Below, piece after piece: positions 27,026 to 35,782 of a stretch of DNA of 64,000 nt (position 1 is the stretch's first letter; every line of letters starts with the position of its first letter). The stretch covers positions 5,402-69,401 of the forward strand of contig JBIJDZ010000002.1 of the NCBI GenBank assembly GCA_044343805.1. Reading direction: 5' to 3'. Source of the stretch: Chthoniobacterales bacterium (lineage in GTDB: Bacteria > Verrucomicrobiota > Verrucomicrobiia > Chthoniobacterales > JACTMZ01). The notes under the pieces are model-generated. The model had not been told where the DNA came from, made no database searches, and was given only the letters and a program-made list of their open reading frames with translations. A program made the translations under genes and the position numbers.

Positions 27026-27940
27026 ATGCGAAGCGTCCTTGCCAAACTCTTTTTCTGTGCCGCTGTCTTTCTCCTGACGGGTTCGTTCGACGCCTTAGCC
27101 GAAGGGCGCGAGCGCAATCTTTACTGGGCGCCCGAAGCCGCCACGGTCGGAGCCAAGAAAGTCGACACCCTGCTCAATTTCATTTTCTACCTCACCGCCA
27201 CAGTCTTTGTTTTAACCCAGACCGTTTACATTTACTACCTGGTCAAATACCGCAAACGCCCCGGTTCGAAGGCCTATTACAGTCACGGTAACAACAAGCT
27301 CGAAATCATTTGGACGGCCATCCCGGCGGCGATCTTCCTCGGTCTCGTCATCTACAGCAACCGCCTGTGGAGCGAATTGCACAGTCCGCCGCCGGAAGAT
27401 TCGGTCAAAGTGGACGTGGTCAGCTACCAGTTCGGCTGGGACATGCGTTACGCCGGGGCTGACGGACAACTCGGCAAGGTCGATGTGCATAGTTACTCGG
27501 TGGACAACAAATTCGGTCTCGTGCCGGACGACGCCGCGGGGGACGACGATTTTTCCAGCACGGAACTGGTCATTCCGGTTAACAAACCGGTCCACATCTA
27601 TCTCCACTCGCGCGATGTGATCCATTCGTTCTACGTTCCTCAATTTCGCCTTTATCAAGCCGCCGTGCCGGGTCGCACCATCGCATGGGTCTGGTTCGAA
27701 CCGACGCGCACGGGCAATTTCGAATTGGCCTGCAGCCAGATTTGCGGGTCGGGTCACTACAACATGAAGGCCCCGATCCGTGTCGTCTCGCAGGAGGAAT
27801 TCGAAAAATGGCAGGCCGGCAAAATCAACGCCAAGGCCGAAGAAGCCAAAGCCGCCGCGTCCGCGCGTGCCCTGCGCACGTCGACCGCTTCCAGCCATCC
27901 GGTGGGCGATAACCAGCGTAATGAGGAAAGCAAACTATGA
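27026..27940 (+). CDS. coxB: aa3-type cytochrome c oxidase subunit II (CuA)
   Basis: Signal peptide plus two TMs. CuA ligands are present: HSFYVPQF...CSQICGSGHYNM. No fused heme c domain. Confidence 0.9.
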   Translation: MRSVLAKLFFCAAVFLLTGSFDALAEGRERNLYWAPEAATVGAKKVDTLLNFIFYLTATVFVLTQTVYIYYLVKYRKRPGSKAYYSHGNNKLEIIWTAIPAAIFLGLVIYSNRLWSELHSPPPEDSVKVDVVSYQFGWDMRYAGADGQLGKVDVHSYSVDNKFGLVPDDAAGDDDFSSTELVIPVNKPVHIYLHSRDVIHSFYVPQFRLYQAAVPGRTIAWVWFEPTRTGNFELACSQICGSGHYNMKAPIRVVSQEEFEKWQAGKINAKAEEAKAAASARALRTSTASSHPVGDNQRNEESKL

Positions 27941-29715
27941 GCACGAGCGCCACGACCTTTGTCCCCGATGCTACCCCGGCCTCCGCCGAACACGGACATC
28001 ACGGCCACGAGCAGAGTTTCTTTTCGAAATACATCTGGTCACTCGATCACAAGATGATCGGTCTGCAGTATCTCTGGACCAGTTTTTTCTTTCTTTTCAT
28101 CGGCGGTCTGCTCGCCATGGGCATCCGCTACCAGCTGGCATACCCCGGTGTGCCAGTGCCGCTGATCGGATCATTGTTGCCTGCCACCATCGCGATCGAC
28201 GGCGTCATCCTGCCCGGCGGCTACAACATGTTTTTCACCATGCACGCCACCGTCATGGTGTTCCTCGTAGTCATGCCGCTCCTCATCGGCGGATTTGGCA
28301 ACTACCTCATCCCGCTGAAAATTGGGGCGGGGGACATGGCCTTCCCCACGCTCAATGCTATGAGCTACTGGCTCTATGTCCTCTCGGGCATCATTCTTAT
28401 CGCCAGCTTTTTCGTCGATGGCGGGGCGGCACAGTCGGGATGGACGGCTTACGCGCCGCTCAGTTCTACCCCAGCCTACATGAATAACACGCATATGGGG
28501 CAAAGCCTCTGGTGCGTCGGCCTGTTCATCAACGGTCTTTCGTCCATTGCCGGAGCGACCAACTATATCACGACGATCACCAACATGAGGGCGCCGGGTA
28601 TGACCATGTTCCGTCTCCCGCTCTCTGTCTGGGCGCTCTTCCTTACCGCATGGCTCCTCATTCTCGCCGTGCCCGTGCTTTCCGCCGCTGCCGCTATGCT
28701 CTTCGCCGACCTGAACTTTGGCACGACATTTTTCGCCGCGCAGGGCGGGCAGCCGCTGCTCTGGCAACACCTTTTCTGGTTTTTCGGTCACCCCGAGGTG
28801 TACATCATGATCCTGCCGGCCATGGGACTTGTCTCGGAAATTTTGCCCGTCTTCGCCCGCAAGCCCATCTTCGGCTACAAAGCGATGGTCTGGGCCATGG
28901 TGGCCATCGGATTCCTCGGCTTCATCGTGTGGGGTCACCATATGTTTGTCAGCGGTATGAACCTGACCCTTGGTGCCGCGTTCTCCGTTTCAACCATGAT
29001 TATCGCCGTGCCCTCGGCCATCAAAACATTCAACTGGATGGGTACCGTATGGCGCGGCTCGATCGAGTTCACCACACCAATGCTCTTCGCGCTGGCTTTC
29101 GTTTCGATGTTCGTCATCGGCGGACTGAGCGGCATCTTCATGGCCTCGACGCCGGTCGATCTCTTCGTCCACAACTCATATTTTATCGTCGCGCACATCC
29201 ACTACGTGCTCTTCGGCGGCAGCCTCTTCGGCGCCTTCGCCGCGATCTACTTTTGGTACCCGAAAATGTTCGGACGCATGATGAACGAGACGTGGGGGAA
29301 GATTCACTTTTTCGCCACGTTTATCTTTTTCAACCTAACCTTTTTCCCCATGCACAACCTCGGGTTGGGTGGGATGATGCGTCGCATCGCCGATCCGACA
29401 GTTTACGAGCACCTGCGCGCTCTGCAACCGATCAATGTGTTCGTGACATGGGCGGCTTTCGGCATGGGCTTGGCCACCTTCATCTTCATTTGGAATTTCA
29501 TCTGGAGCATCCGCCACGGCAGATCAGCCGGAAAAAATCCGTGGAACGCGACCACCCTCGAATGGACCGTCCCTTCGCCTCCCGGCCACGGCAATTTCGA
29601 CGTGACCCCGACCGTTTACAACGGCCCCTACGAATACAGCGTGCCGGGTATGGACAAAGACTACCTTCCGCAGAACGAGAAAGCCCCCGAGGGCGCGCGC
29701 TTGGAGGTGCATTGA
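27937..29715 (+). CDS. coxA: aa3-type cytochrome c oxidase subunit I
   Basis: 592 aa. WFFGHPEVYIMILP, the HHMF motif (GHHMFVSGMN) and HYVLFGG, a canonical A-family subunit I. Confidence 0.95.
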   Translation: MSTSATTFVPDATPASAEHGHHGHEQSFFSKYIWSLDHKMIGLQYLWTSFFFLFIGGLLAMGIRYQLAYPGVPVPLIGSLLPATIAIDGVILPGGYNMFFTMHATVMVFLVVMPLLIGGFGNYLIPLKIGAGDMAFPTLNAMSYWLYVLSGIILIASFFVDGGAAQSGWTAYAPLSSTPAYMNNTHMGQSLWCVGLFINGLSSIAGATNYITTITNMRAPGMTMFRLPLSVWALFLTAWLLILAVPVLSAAAAMLFADLNFGTTFFAAQGGQPLLWQHLFWFFGHPEVYIMILPAMGLVSEILPVFARKPIFGYKAMVWAMVAIGFLGFIVWGHHMFVSGMNLTLGAAFSVSTMIIAVPSAIKTFNWMGTVWRGSIEFTTPMLFALAFVSMFVIGGLSGIFMASTPVDLFVHNSYFIVAHIHYVLFGGSLFGAFAAIYFWYPKMFGRMMNETWGKIHFFATFIFFNLTFFPMHNLGLGGMMRRIADPTVYEHLRALQPINVFVTWAAFGMGLATFIFIWNFIWSIRHGRSAGKNPWNATTLEWTVPSPPGHGNFDVTPTVYNGPYEYSVPGMDKDYLPQNEKAPEGARLEVH

Positions 29716-29783
29716 GCTTGTTCGTGGCAACGGGGTTGACAGAAAACGGCCGGCGACTCGGTCGTCGATGCTACAAAATGTGG

Positions 29784-29802
29784 CGTCGGCGTCCCGCCGA
29801 CG
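29784..29802 (+). other. Stable RNA hairpin 7 nt upstream of the ctaA start codon
   Basis: CGTCGGCG-TCC-CGCCGACG: a perfect 8-bp GC-rich stem with a 3-nt loop and no T-tract after it. It lies in the 94-nt coxA-ctaA gap. Confidence 0.4.
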
Positions 29803-29809
29803 AATTGTC

Positions 29810-30835
29810 ATGAATCAACAAACCCGCTACGGCACCGCTCGCACCCTCGTCTTCGCCTACGCGGTGCTGACCGCGGTTGCGGCTTTCATTTTGCTCCTCA
29901 GCGGCGGGCTGGTGACCTCGAAAGGGGTAGGAATGACCGTCCCCGACTGGCCCAACAGCTACGGCTACAACATGTTTCTCTTTCCGCTCTCCCGCTGGGT
30001 CGGGGGAATTTTTTACGAACACGTCCATCGTCTTATCGCGAGCGGTGTCGGCCTGATGACCATCATCCTCGCCGTGACGCTCTGGATGACGGAGCCGCGC
30101 AAGTGGGTCCGCGTGCTTGGCTATATCGCGGTGGTTACTGTCATCGTGCAAGGCGTGCTTGGCGGACTGCGCGTCACCATGATCTTGGACGAACTCGGCA
30201 TTTTCCACGGCATGCTGGCTCAGGCTTATATTGCGCTGCTGGTGGTCATTGCCATTGCCGCGAGCAAAGCCTTTGCCACTGGCGGCGCCCGTTGGCGCTG
30301 GCATGCGCCTGGCCTCATGCGATGGGCTGTCGTGCTTACTGTACTCGTCTATGTGCAACTCGCGCTCGGCGCGTCCATGCGGCACGAGCATGCGGGATTG
30401 TCCATCCACGACTTCCCTCTGGCTTACGGTCAGCTCTGGCCGACGCTCAACACCGAGCAATTATCCGCCATCAATGCGCAGCGCATTGCCTCCGGGGAGG
30501 TGCCGACCACCCTCGGACAAATCCATTTGCAGATGCTGCATCGCTCCATGGCCGTGGTGCTGGCCGGTCTTTTCCTCGCCTATGCGTGGCAAGCCCGCCG
30601 CGCTGCTATGGGTGTGCGCATTGCTTCCCGCTGGTGGGTGGCGCTCGTCATCCTCCAGATCGCTCTGGGTGCTTGGACGGTCTGGTCGGAAAAAGCGGCT
30701 GATGTAACCACCGCCCACGTAGCGGTGGGGGCCCTGATCTTGTTTTTGGGGGTGGCGCAGTGTTTCCTCCTTGGCGCATTCTCTCCGCGGGCGGCCGAGC
30801 TCAAACGGGAGAAAGAAAACCTCGTTCCTGCCTGA
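29810..30835 (+). CDS. ctaA: Heme A synthase (COX15/CtaA)
   Basis: Eight predicted TMs. GGLVTSKGVGMTVPDWPNSYGYNMF and the conserved His motifs EHVHRLIA and LHRSMAV. ATG at 29810. Confidence 0.85.
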   Translation: MNQQTRYGTARTLVFAYAVLTAVAAFILLLSGGLVTSKGVGMTVPDWPNSYGYNMFLFPLSRWVGGIFYEHVHRLIASGVGLMTIILAVTLWMTEPRKWVRVLGYIAVVTVIVQGVLGGLRVTMILDELGIFHGMLAQAYIALLVVIAIAASKAFATGGARWRWHAPGLMRWAVVLTVLVYVQLALGASMRHEHAGLSIHDFPLAYGQLWPTLNTEQLSAINAQRIASGEVPTTLGQIHLQMLHRSMAVVLAGLFLAYAWQARRAAMGVRIASRWWVALVILQIALGAWTVWSEKAADVTTAHVAVGALILFLGVAQCFLLGAFSPRAAELKREKENLVPA

Positions 30836-31722
30836 TGAAATCCGCCGTCCAGACCCGTCCCCGCGCGGCTACCGCGATGGCCGACCTCGCCGAGTTGGTC
30901 AAAGCGCGCCTCACCCTGTTGACCGTGGCTACGGCCATGGCCGGCTTCGCGCTCGGCGTGCTGGGCAATTGGAGCTGGCTGCTCCTTGCCGCCACGCTTG
31001 GTGGCACGGCCTTGAGCGCTGCCGGGGCTGCGGCGCTCAATCAATGGTGGGAACGTGCCCACGATGCGCGTATGAAGCGCACCCGCGAACGCCCGCTTCC
31101 GGCGGGACGCATGGCGGCGTCCGATGCTTTGTTGGCTGGGCTGGTTTTGTCCTTCAGCGGTGTCCTCTGCCTCGCGCTCTTTGCCAATCTGCTGGCTGCC
31201 GCCTTGGCCGCGACCACCATTATTTTTTACATCCTCGTTTACACCCCGATCAAGCGCGTCACCACCCTCAACACTATCATCGGCGCGGTGCCCGGTGCGC
31301 TGCCGCCGCTCATCGGCTGGACCGCCTCGCGCGGCTCGATCAATGCCGAAGGCCTCACACTCTTTGCGATTTTGTTCCTTTGGCAGATGCCGCACTTCCT
31401 CGCGATTGCCTGGCTTTACCGCGAGGACTACGCGCAGGCAGGATTCAAAATGCTTTCGGAAAACGACGAGAGCGGCGCGGTCACCGGACGTCAGGCCTTC
31501 ATCTATGCTCTGGCTTTGCTCGCCGTGAGCCTGTTGCCGTCCGTCTTTTTCGATTATTCCGCCGTTTATTTTTACGGCGCCTTGCTCCTCGGCGCGGGCT
31601 TCGCCTCGATGGCGGCCAATTTCGCGGTGAGTGGCGGATCGATCCCCGCGGCCCGCTGGCTTTTCCTCGGCTCGATTGCTTATTTGCCGCTCCTGCTCGC
31701 CTTGATGGTGCTGGCCCGATGA
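30835..31722 (+). CDS. ctaB: Protoheme IX farnesyltransferase (heme O synthase)
   Basis: UbiA-family motifs: NQWWERAHDARMKRTRERPLP and YTPIKR. The start overlaps the ctaA stop by 1 nt (TGATG). Confidence 0.9.
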   Translation: MKSAVQTRPRAATAMADLAELVKARLTLLTVATAMAGFALGVLGNWSWLLLAATLGGTALSAAGAAALNQWWERAHDARMKRTRERPLPAGRMAASDALLAGLVLSFSGVLCLALFANLLAAALAATTIIFYILVYTPIKRVTTLNTIIGAVPGALPPLIGWTASRGSINAEGLTLFAILFLWQMPHFLAIAWLYREDYAQAGFKMLSENDESGAVTGRQAFIYALALLAVSLLPSVFFDYSAVYFYGALLLGAGFASMAANFAVSGGSIPAARWLFLGSIAYLPLLLALMVLAR

Positions 31723-31839
31723 ATGAACTCTCCCGATGCCAAAATCCGCCAAGCCAACCGTCGCCTGCTCGCGGGCCTCGTGGTTTTCGCCGTGTTGCTT
31801 TGCGCGCTGGTGATTGCCTGGAAGACATTTTTCACTTGA
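31723..31839 (+). CDS. Unlisted 38-aa single-TM mini-protein between ctaB and coxC
   Basis: My own translation: MNSPDAKIRQANRRLLAGLVVFAVLLCALVIAWKTFFT. It starts the nucleotide after the ctaB stop and ends 11 nt before coxC. The topology is positive-inside. It is below the ORF-track size cutoff. Confidence 0.45.
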   Translation: MNSPDAKIRQANRRLLAGLVVFAVLLCALVIAWKTFFT

Positions 31840-31850
31840 AATAACCGACC

Positions 31851-32450
31851 ATGAGCACCGCCGCCCTGACCGCCCACGACAGTCCGTCCGACCACCACGC
31901 CTCGCAGCGCACGGCGGTCTTCGGTATGACCATATTTCTCGCCTCCGAGGCCATGCTCTTCGCCGGTCTCATCGCCGGCTACATCGTCCTGCGCCTCAGT
32001 TCGCCCGCGTGGCCGCCCTCGTCGGATTTGCCCAAGCTTCCCGTGGTCTTGACCGGCATCAACACTGTCTTCCTCATCGCCAGCAGCTTCACCTACCACG
32101 CCGCCGAGGTGGCGGTGAAGAAAGGAAAGAGGGGTACGGCGTGGCTGTTCCTCACCGTGCTACTCGGCTCCCTCTTCCTCTGTATTCAGGGCTACGAGTG
32201 GTATCACATGCACCATGAAGGTCTGTGGTTCAACACGGGCGGTGTCTACGGATCCTCGTTTTTCGTGTTGACCGGATTCCACGGACTCCATGTGTTGATC
32301 GGGGTGCTCATGATTGCTTGGGCGCTGCTCCGTCAGCTCGGCGGCGCTTACACCGCCCAGAGTCACACCTATCTGATCCTCGCCGGCATGTATTGGCACT
32401 TTGTCGACGTGGTCTGGCTGTTTCTTTATTCGGTGCTTTACTTGGTTTGA
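31851..32450 (+). CDS. coxC: aa3-type cytochrome c oxidase subunit III
   Basis: 199 aa. FGMTIFLASEAMLFAGL..., FFVLTGFHGLHVLIG and YWHFVDVVWLFLY, a canonical subunit III. Confidence 0.9.
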   Translation: MSTAALTAHDSPSDHHASQRTAVFGMTIFLASEAMLFAGLIAGYIVLRLSSPAWPPSSDLPKLPVVLTGINTVFLIASSFTYHAAEVAVKKGKRGTAWLFLTVLLGSLFLCIQGYEWYHMHHEGLWFNTGGVYGSSFFVLTGFHGLHVLIGVLMIAWALLRQLGGAYTAQSHTYLILAGMYWHFVDVVWLFLYSVLYLV

Positions 32451-32515
32451 ACAACCGGCGCCAGCGACGGCGCCGTTACATGATGTAGCGTCGGTGTTCC
32501 CGGCGCCGACTCGAT

Positions 32516-33172
32516 ATGAACAACGAACATCAGCAAGAGGACATCGTTGCCTCGCGCATGCGGGGTCTTGCTTGGGCCGGGGCCTTCCTCGGCTTCGTCC
32601 TCGCCGTCACCATGGGCTACTCGATGTGGCAAGCCTCTGTGCGGCGCGACGTGGAGCAACTACCGGTTATTCGTGCCGTGCCGGAATTTTCGCTGACCGA
32701 TCAGAATGGACGGACCATCACCAACGCTGACCTGCGCGGTAAAATCTGGATCGCCGACTTTATTTTCACGCGCTGCAAAGGTCCGTGTCCGCTGATGACC
32801 GCCCGCATGCTCGAAATGCAGAAGGCGCTGGTCAAAACTCCGGACGTGAAACTGGTCTCGGTCACCGTGGATCCGGCCTACGACAAACCGGAGGTGCTCA
32901 AGGCTTACGCCGAGGCAAACTTCGCCGATCCGGAACGGTGGAAATTCCTTACCGGGGACCAAGCGGTGATCGAAAAACTGGTTACTGAGGGCTTCATGCA
33001 GCATCTCGCGGAAGAAAATGGCGAACCGGTCCATGGCACCATGTTCCTCGTGGTCGACGGCAACGGCATGGTGCGTAGTGCGCGGATGCTGGAGGATCCG
33101 GAGTTGATTCCTAAGATTCTCACGGATACGGGAAATTTGTTGCGGGAGAAATCTGAAAGCTCCGTAAGGTAG
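32516..33172 (+). CDS. SCO1/SenC-family copper chaperone (thioredoxin fold)
   Basis: N-terminal TM, then FSLTDQNGRTITNADLRGKIWIADFIFTRCKGPCP (CxxxC) and a conserved His (HGTMFLVVD). Confidence 0.85.
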   Translation: MNNEHQQEDIVASRMRGLAWAGAFLGFVLAVTMGYSMWQASVRRDVEQLPVIRAVPEFSLTDQNGRTITNADLRGKIWIADFIFTRCKGPCPLMTARMLEMQKALVKTPDVKLVSVTVDPAYDKPEVLKAYAEANFADPERWKFLTGDQAVIEKLVTEGFMQHLAEENGEPVHGTMFLVVDGNGMVRSARMLEDPELIPKILTDTGNLLREKSESSVR

Positions 33173-33203
33173 AAGCGGAAACCCTGCCGCTTCTACTTTT
33201 TCT
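33169..33203 (+). terminator. Rho-independent terminator closing the respiratory array
   Basis: GTAGAAGCGG-aaaccctg-CCGCTTCTAC followed by TTTTTCTCTC. The stem includes the SCO stop codon. Confidence 0.75.
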
Positions 33204-33253
33204 CTCCTCTCCGCGGCTTGCTCTACAGCGCGGCAAAAGCTAATGTGCTACCC

Positions 33254-33490
33254 ATGAAATTCCTTGCCGTCCTTCTCGTCACTCTCCTGCTCAACGCTCC
33301 CGCGTGGGCGTGTGCCGGCTGCCGTGTGATCAGCGAGGATGCCGAAGCCACGACCATCATGGCCGGGTTTGCTTTCTCGTGGGGTGTGGTCGTCATGCTC
33401 ATCTTCCTCTTTGCCCTTTGCAGCGGGCTGGGGTGGTTCGTCATGAAGACAATCAAGGTCGTGGACGCTCGACACAGTTCGGCCAGATGA
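33254..33490 (+). CDS. Small secreted/membrane CxxC protein, function unknown
   Basis: 78 aa: signal peptide MKFLAVLLVTLLLNAPAWA, then CAGC at the predicted mature N-terminus and one TM (FAFSWGVVVMLIFLFALCSGLGWFV). ATGA-coupled to the DUF420 gene. Confidence 0.4.
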   Translation: MKFLAVLLVTLLLNAPAWACAGCRVISEDAEATTIMAGFAFSWGVVVMLIFLFALCSGLGWFVMKTIKVVDARHSSAR

Positions 33491-33927
33491 GCGTCACTGA
33501 TCTGCCGGCGGTCAACGCCACGCTCAACTCCATCTGCACCCTTCTTCTCTTCGCGGGGTGGTGGTTCATCAAGCATGAGCGCAAACGGCAACACATCATC
33601 TGTATGGTATCTGCGCTGAGTGTGTCCGTTCTCTTCCTGACCAGCTACGTCATCTACCATTACCATGTTGGCTCGATCCGCTTCACCTACGAGCACCCGG
33701 TGATCCGTCCGCTGTATTTTTTCATCCTCATCACCCACGTCATCCTCGCTGCCGCCATTGTGCCGCTAGTCTTCATGACCGTGATCCCCGCCCTCCGCGC
33801 CCGCTTCGACCGTCACCGCAAATGGGCTCGCATCACGCTTCCTCTTTGGCTTTACGTTTCCGTCACCGGTGTGATCGTTTACCTGATGCTCTACGTATGG
33901 TTTCCGTCCGCGATGCTGGCGGCCTAA
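33487..33927 (+). CDS. DUF420 membrane protein (CtaM-like, implicated in aa3 oxidase biogenesis)
   Basis: 146 aa, 4 TMs. LPAVNATLNSICTLLLFAGWWFIKHERKRQHIICMVSALSVSVLFLTSYVIYHY matches the DUF420 pattern. Confidence 0.75.
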   Translation: MSVTDLPAVNATLNSICTLLLFAGWWFIKHERKRQHIICMVSALSVSVLFLTSYVIYHYHVGSIRFTYEHPVIRPLYFFILITHVILAAAIVPLVFMTVIPALRARFDRHRKWARITLPLWLYVSVTGVIVYLMLYVWFPSAMLAA

Positions 33928-34020
33928 GGCAGGTTTTTCGCTGCTTTGGTAGCGGCGGTGTGTGATCCGGAGAATTTATCCGGCGGCCACAAACAGCCGC
34001 TACATCTCTGGGGAATTCCT

Positions 34021-34944
34021 TTACGGCAAATCCGCATCGAAGTGGGCGAGATCTTGGAACTCGGCGAAGCGTTCGAGAATATGCTTCTGCTCGACCGAGC
34101 GCATGCGTTCAAGACTGAAGGCTTCGACGTTGTAGCTGGCCAGCACACTGCCGACGACGACGGCCGTCTTGAGCGTTTTGAAGCTCACGTTGTGATTGTC
34201 TCGGCTGGCGAGGTAGCCGGTGAGGCCGCCGGCGAAAGTGTCGCCCGCGCCGGTCGGATCGTGGATGTCTTCCAGCGGGTAGGCGGGGCAGCTGAAGAAA
34301 TCGTTGTCTTCGCCGAAAAGAAGACATCCGTGTTCTCCTTTTTTCACCGCGACGATGCGGGGGCCGAGAGCTTGGATTTTTTTGCCGGCTTTGATGAGGC
34401 TTGTCTCTTTGGTCAGTTCGCGGGCTTCGCTGTCGTTGAGGATGAGCATGTCCACGCGTTTGAGCAGTTCAAGCAAGGCGGGTTGGGCGATGCTGATCCA
34501 TAGGTCCATTGTGTCGGCGATGACAAACTTCGGCTTCTCCATCTGGTCGAGCACTTGGAGTTGAAGTTCCGGTGCGATGTTGGCAAGAAGGGCGTAGTCG
34601 CTGGAGCAGTAATGCCCCGGTAACTTAGGCGAGAATGTTTCAAACACATTGAGCGCGATCGAGCGCGTTTCGCGGGTGTTCATGTCCCACATGTATTCGC
34701 CTGACCAACGGAAGGTTTTGCCGGGCACGCGCTGCACGCCCTCGAGGTCGATGCCGCGGCTTTGCAGGAAGTTCCAATGCTCCGAGGGGAAGTCCTCGCC
34801 AACGATGCCGACGAGATTAACCGGTGAGAAGTAACCGGCCGCCACGGCGGCATACGAGGCGGAACCTCCAAGAAGATCAAAACGCTCATCGACGGGAGTT
34901 TTCACGTCATCGAGACCCATGGAACCAACGATTAGAACGGACAT
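34021..34944 (-). CDS. PfkB-family carbohydrate/nucleoside kinase
   Basis: 307 aa. GGSASYAA near the N-terminus and the GAGDTFAGG ATP/anion-hole motif of the ribokinase family. Confidence 0.8.
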   Translation of the reverse strand: MSVLIVGSMGLDDVKTPVDERFDLLGGSASYAAVAAGYFSPVNLVGIVGEDFPSEHWNFLQSRGIDLEGVQRVPGKTFRWSGEYMWDMNTRETRSIALNVFETFSPKLPGHYCSSDYALLANIAPELQLQVLDQMEKPKFVIADTMDLWISIAQPALLELLKRVDMLILNDSEARELTKETSLIKAGKKIQALGPRIVAVKKGEHGCLLFGEDNDFFSCPAYPLEDIHDPTGAGDTFAGGLTGYLASRDNHNVSFKTLKTAVVVGSVLASYNVEAFSLERMRSVEQKHILERFAEFQDLAHFDADLP

Positions 34945-35044
34945 GGGGCGACGCTAAAACGCGCGGCATCATGTCTCAAGGCGAAAGCAGGAATTTGCAG
35001 CTTGCCCCCGGGGCGATGAGGGCTTATTCGGCAGGACTTTTTCG

Positions 35045-35782
35045 ATGGCTGGATTGACCAAATCAGATTTCGACGACGCGCTGATTGCGGGATGGAACCG
35101 TGATCAGGCGGGGCGATCAGCTGCGGACCGGGTGCGGTGGATCTTGGAAGAATTCCGCGGTCATGCCGTGCTCAGCACCAGCTTCGGCATCCAATCCGCC
35201 GTGATGTTGCATTTGGTCACGCAGATCGATCCGCAGATCCCCGTTGTCTTCATCGACACGGGTTATCTCTTTCCCGAGACCTACAAGTTTGCCGATGAGT
35301 TGAGCGAGCGGCTCTCGCTTAATCTCAAAATCTACAACCCCGCCGTCACTGCGGCGCGGCAGGAAGCGCTCTATGGCAAACTTTGGGAGCAGGGTGTAGA
35401 AGGTCTCGAAAAATACGGGCGCCTCAACAAAGTCGAACCGATGAACCGCGCCTTGCGAGAGCTCAAGGCGAGAGTTTGGATAACAGGACTCCGCCGCGAG
35501 CATTCCTCCACGCGCGAGGAGCTGCCGTTGATCAAGCGTCAGAACCGCATTTTGAAATTCCACCCCATCATCGATTGGAACGATCGCAAGGTGTTCGAGT
35601 ACCTCAAGCTGCACCGCTTGCCTTACCACCCGCTATGGGAGCAAGGCTACATAAGCGTGGGTGATGTGCACAGCACGACGAGATTTGCCGACGGCATGAA
35701 ACCGGAGGAAACACGGTTCAGCGGCCTCAAACGCGAGTGCGGATTGCACGAGTTGTCCGGCGACCCGGACTATATGATTTAA
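35045..35782 (+). CDS. cysH: Phosphoadenosine phosphosulfate (PAPS) reductase
   Basis: [13 protein letters not shown] (PP-loop), [12 protein letters not shown], and the C-terminal ECGLH motif. No Fe-S CC...CxxC cluster, so it looks like the PAPS rather than the APS type. Confidence 0.85.
   Translation: MAGLTKSDFDDALIAGWNRDQAGRSAADRVRWILEEFRGHAVLSTSFGIQSAVMLHLVTQIDPQIPVVFIDTGYLFPETYKFADELSERLSLNLKIYNPAVTAARQEALYGKLWEQGVEGLEKYGRLNKVEPMNRALRELKARVWITGLRREHSSTREELPLIKRQNRILKFHPIIDWNDRKVFEYLKLHRLPYHPLWEQGYISVGDVHSTTRFADGMKPEETRFSGLKRECGLHELSGDPDYMI

Noticed and set aside
28512-29813. 433-aa alternative-frame ORF within coxA
   Set aside because: It has Arg/His/Pro-rich composition and lies entirely inside the unambiguous cytochrome oxidase subunit I frame.
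30580-31844. 390-aa antisense ORF and 357-aa alternative-frame ORF over ctaB
   Set aside because: They are shadow ORFs. Only the last 38 codons' worth of this region (a different frame, 31723-31839) looks like a genuine small gene, and that is reported separately.
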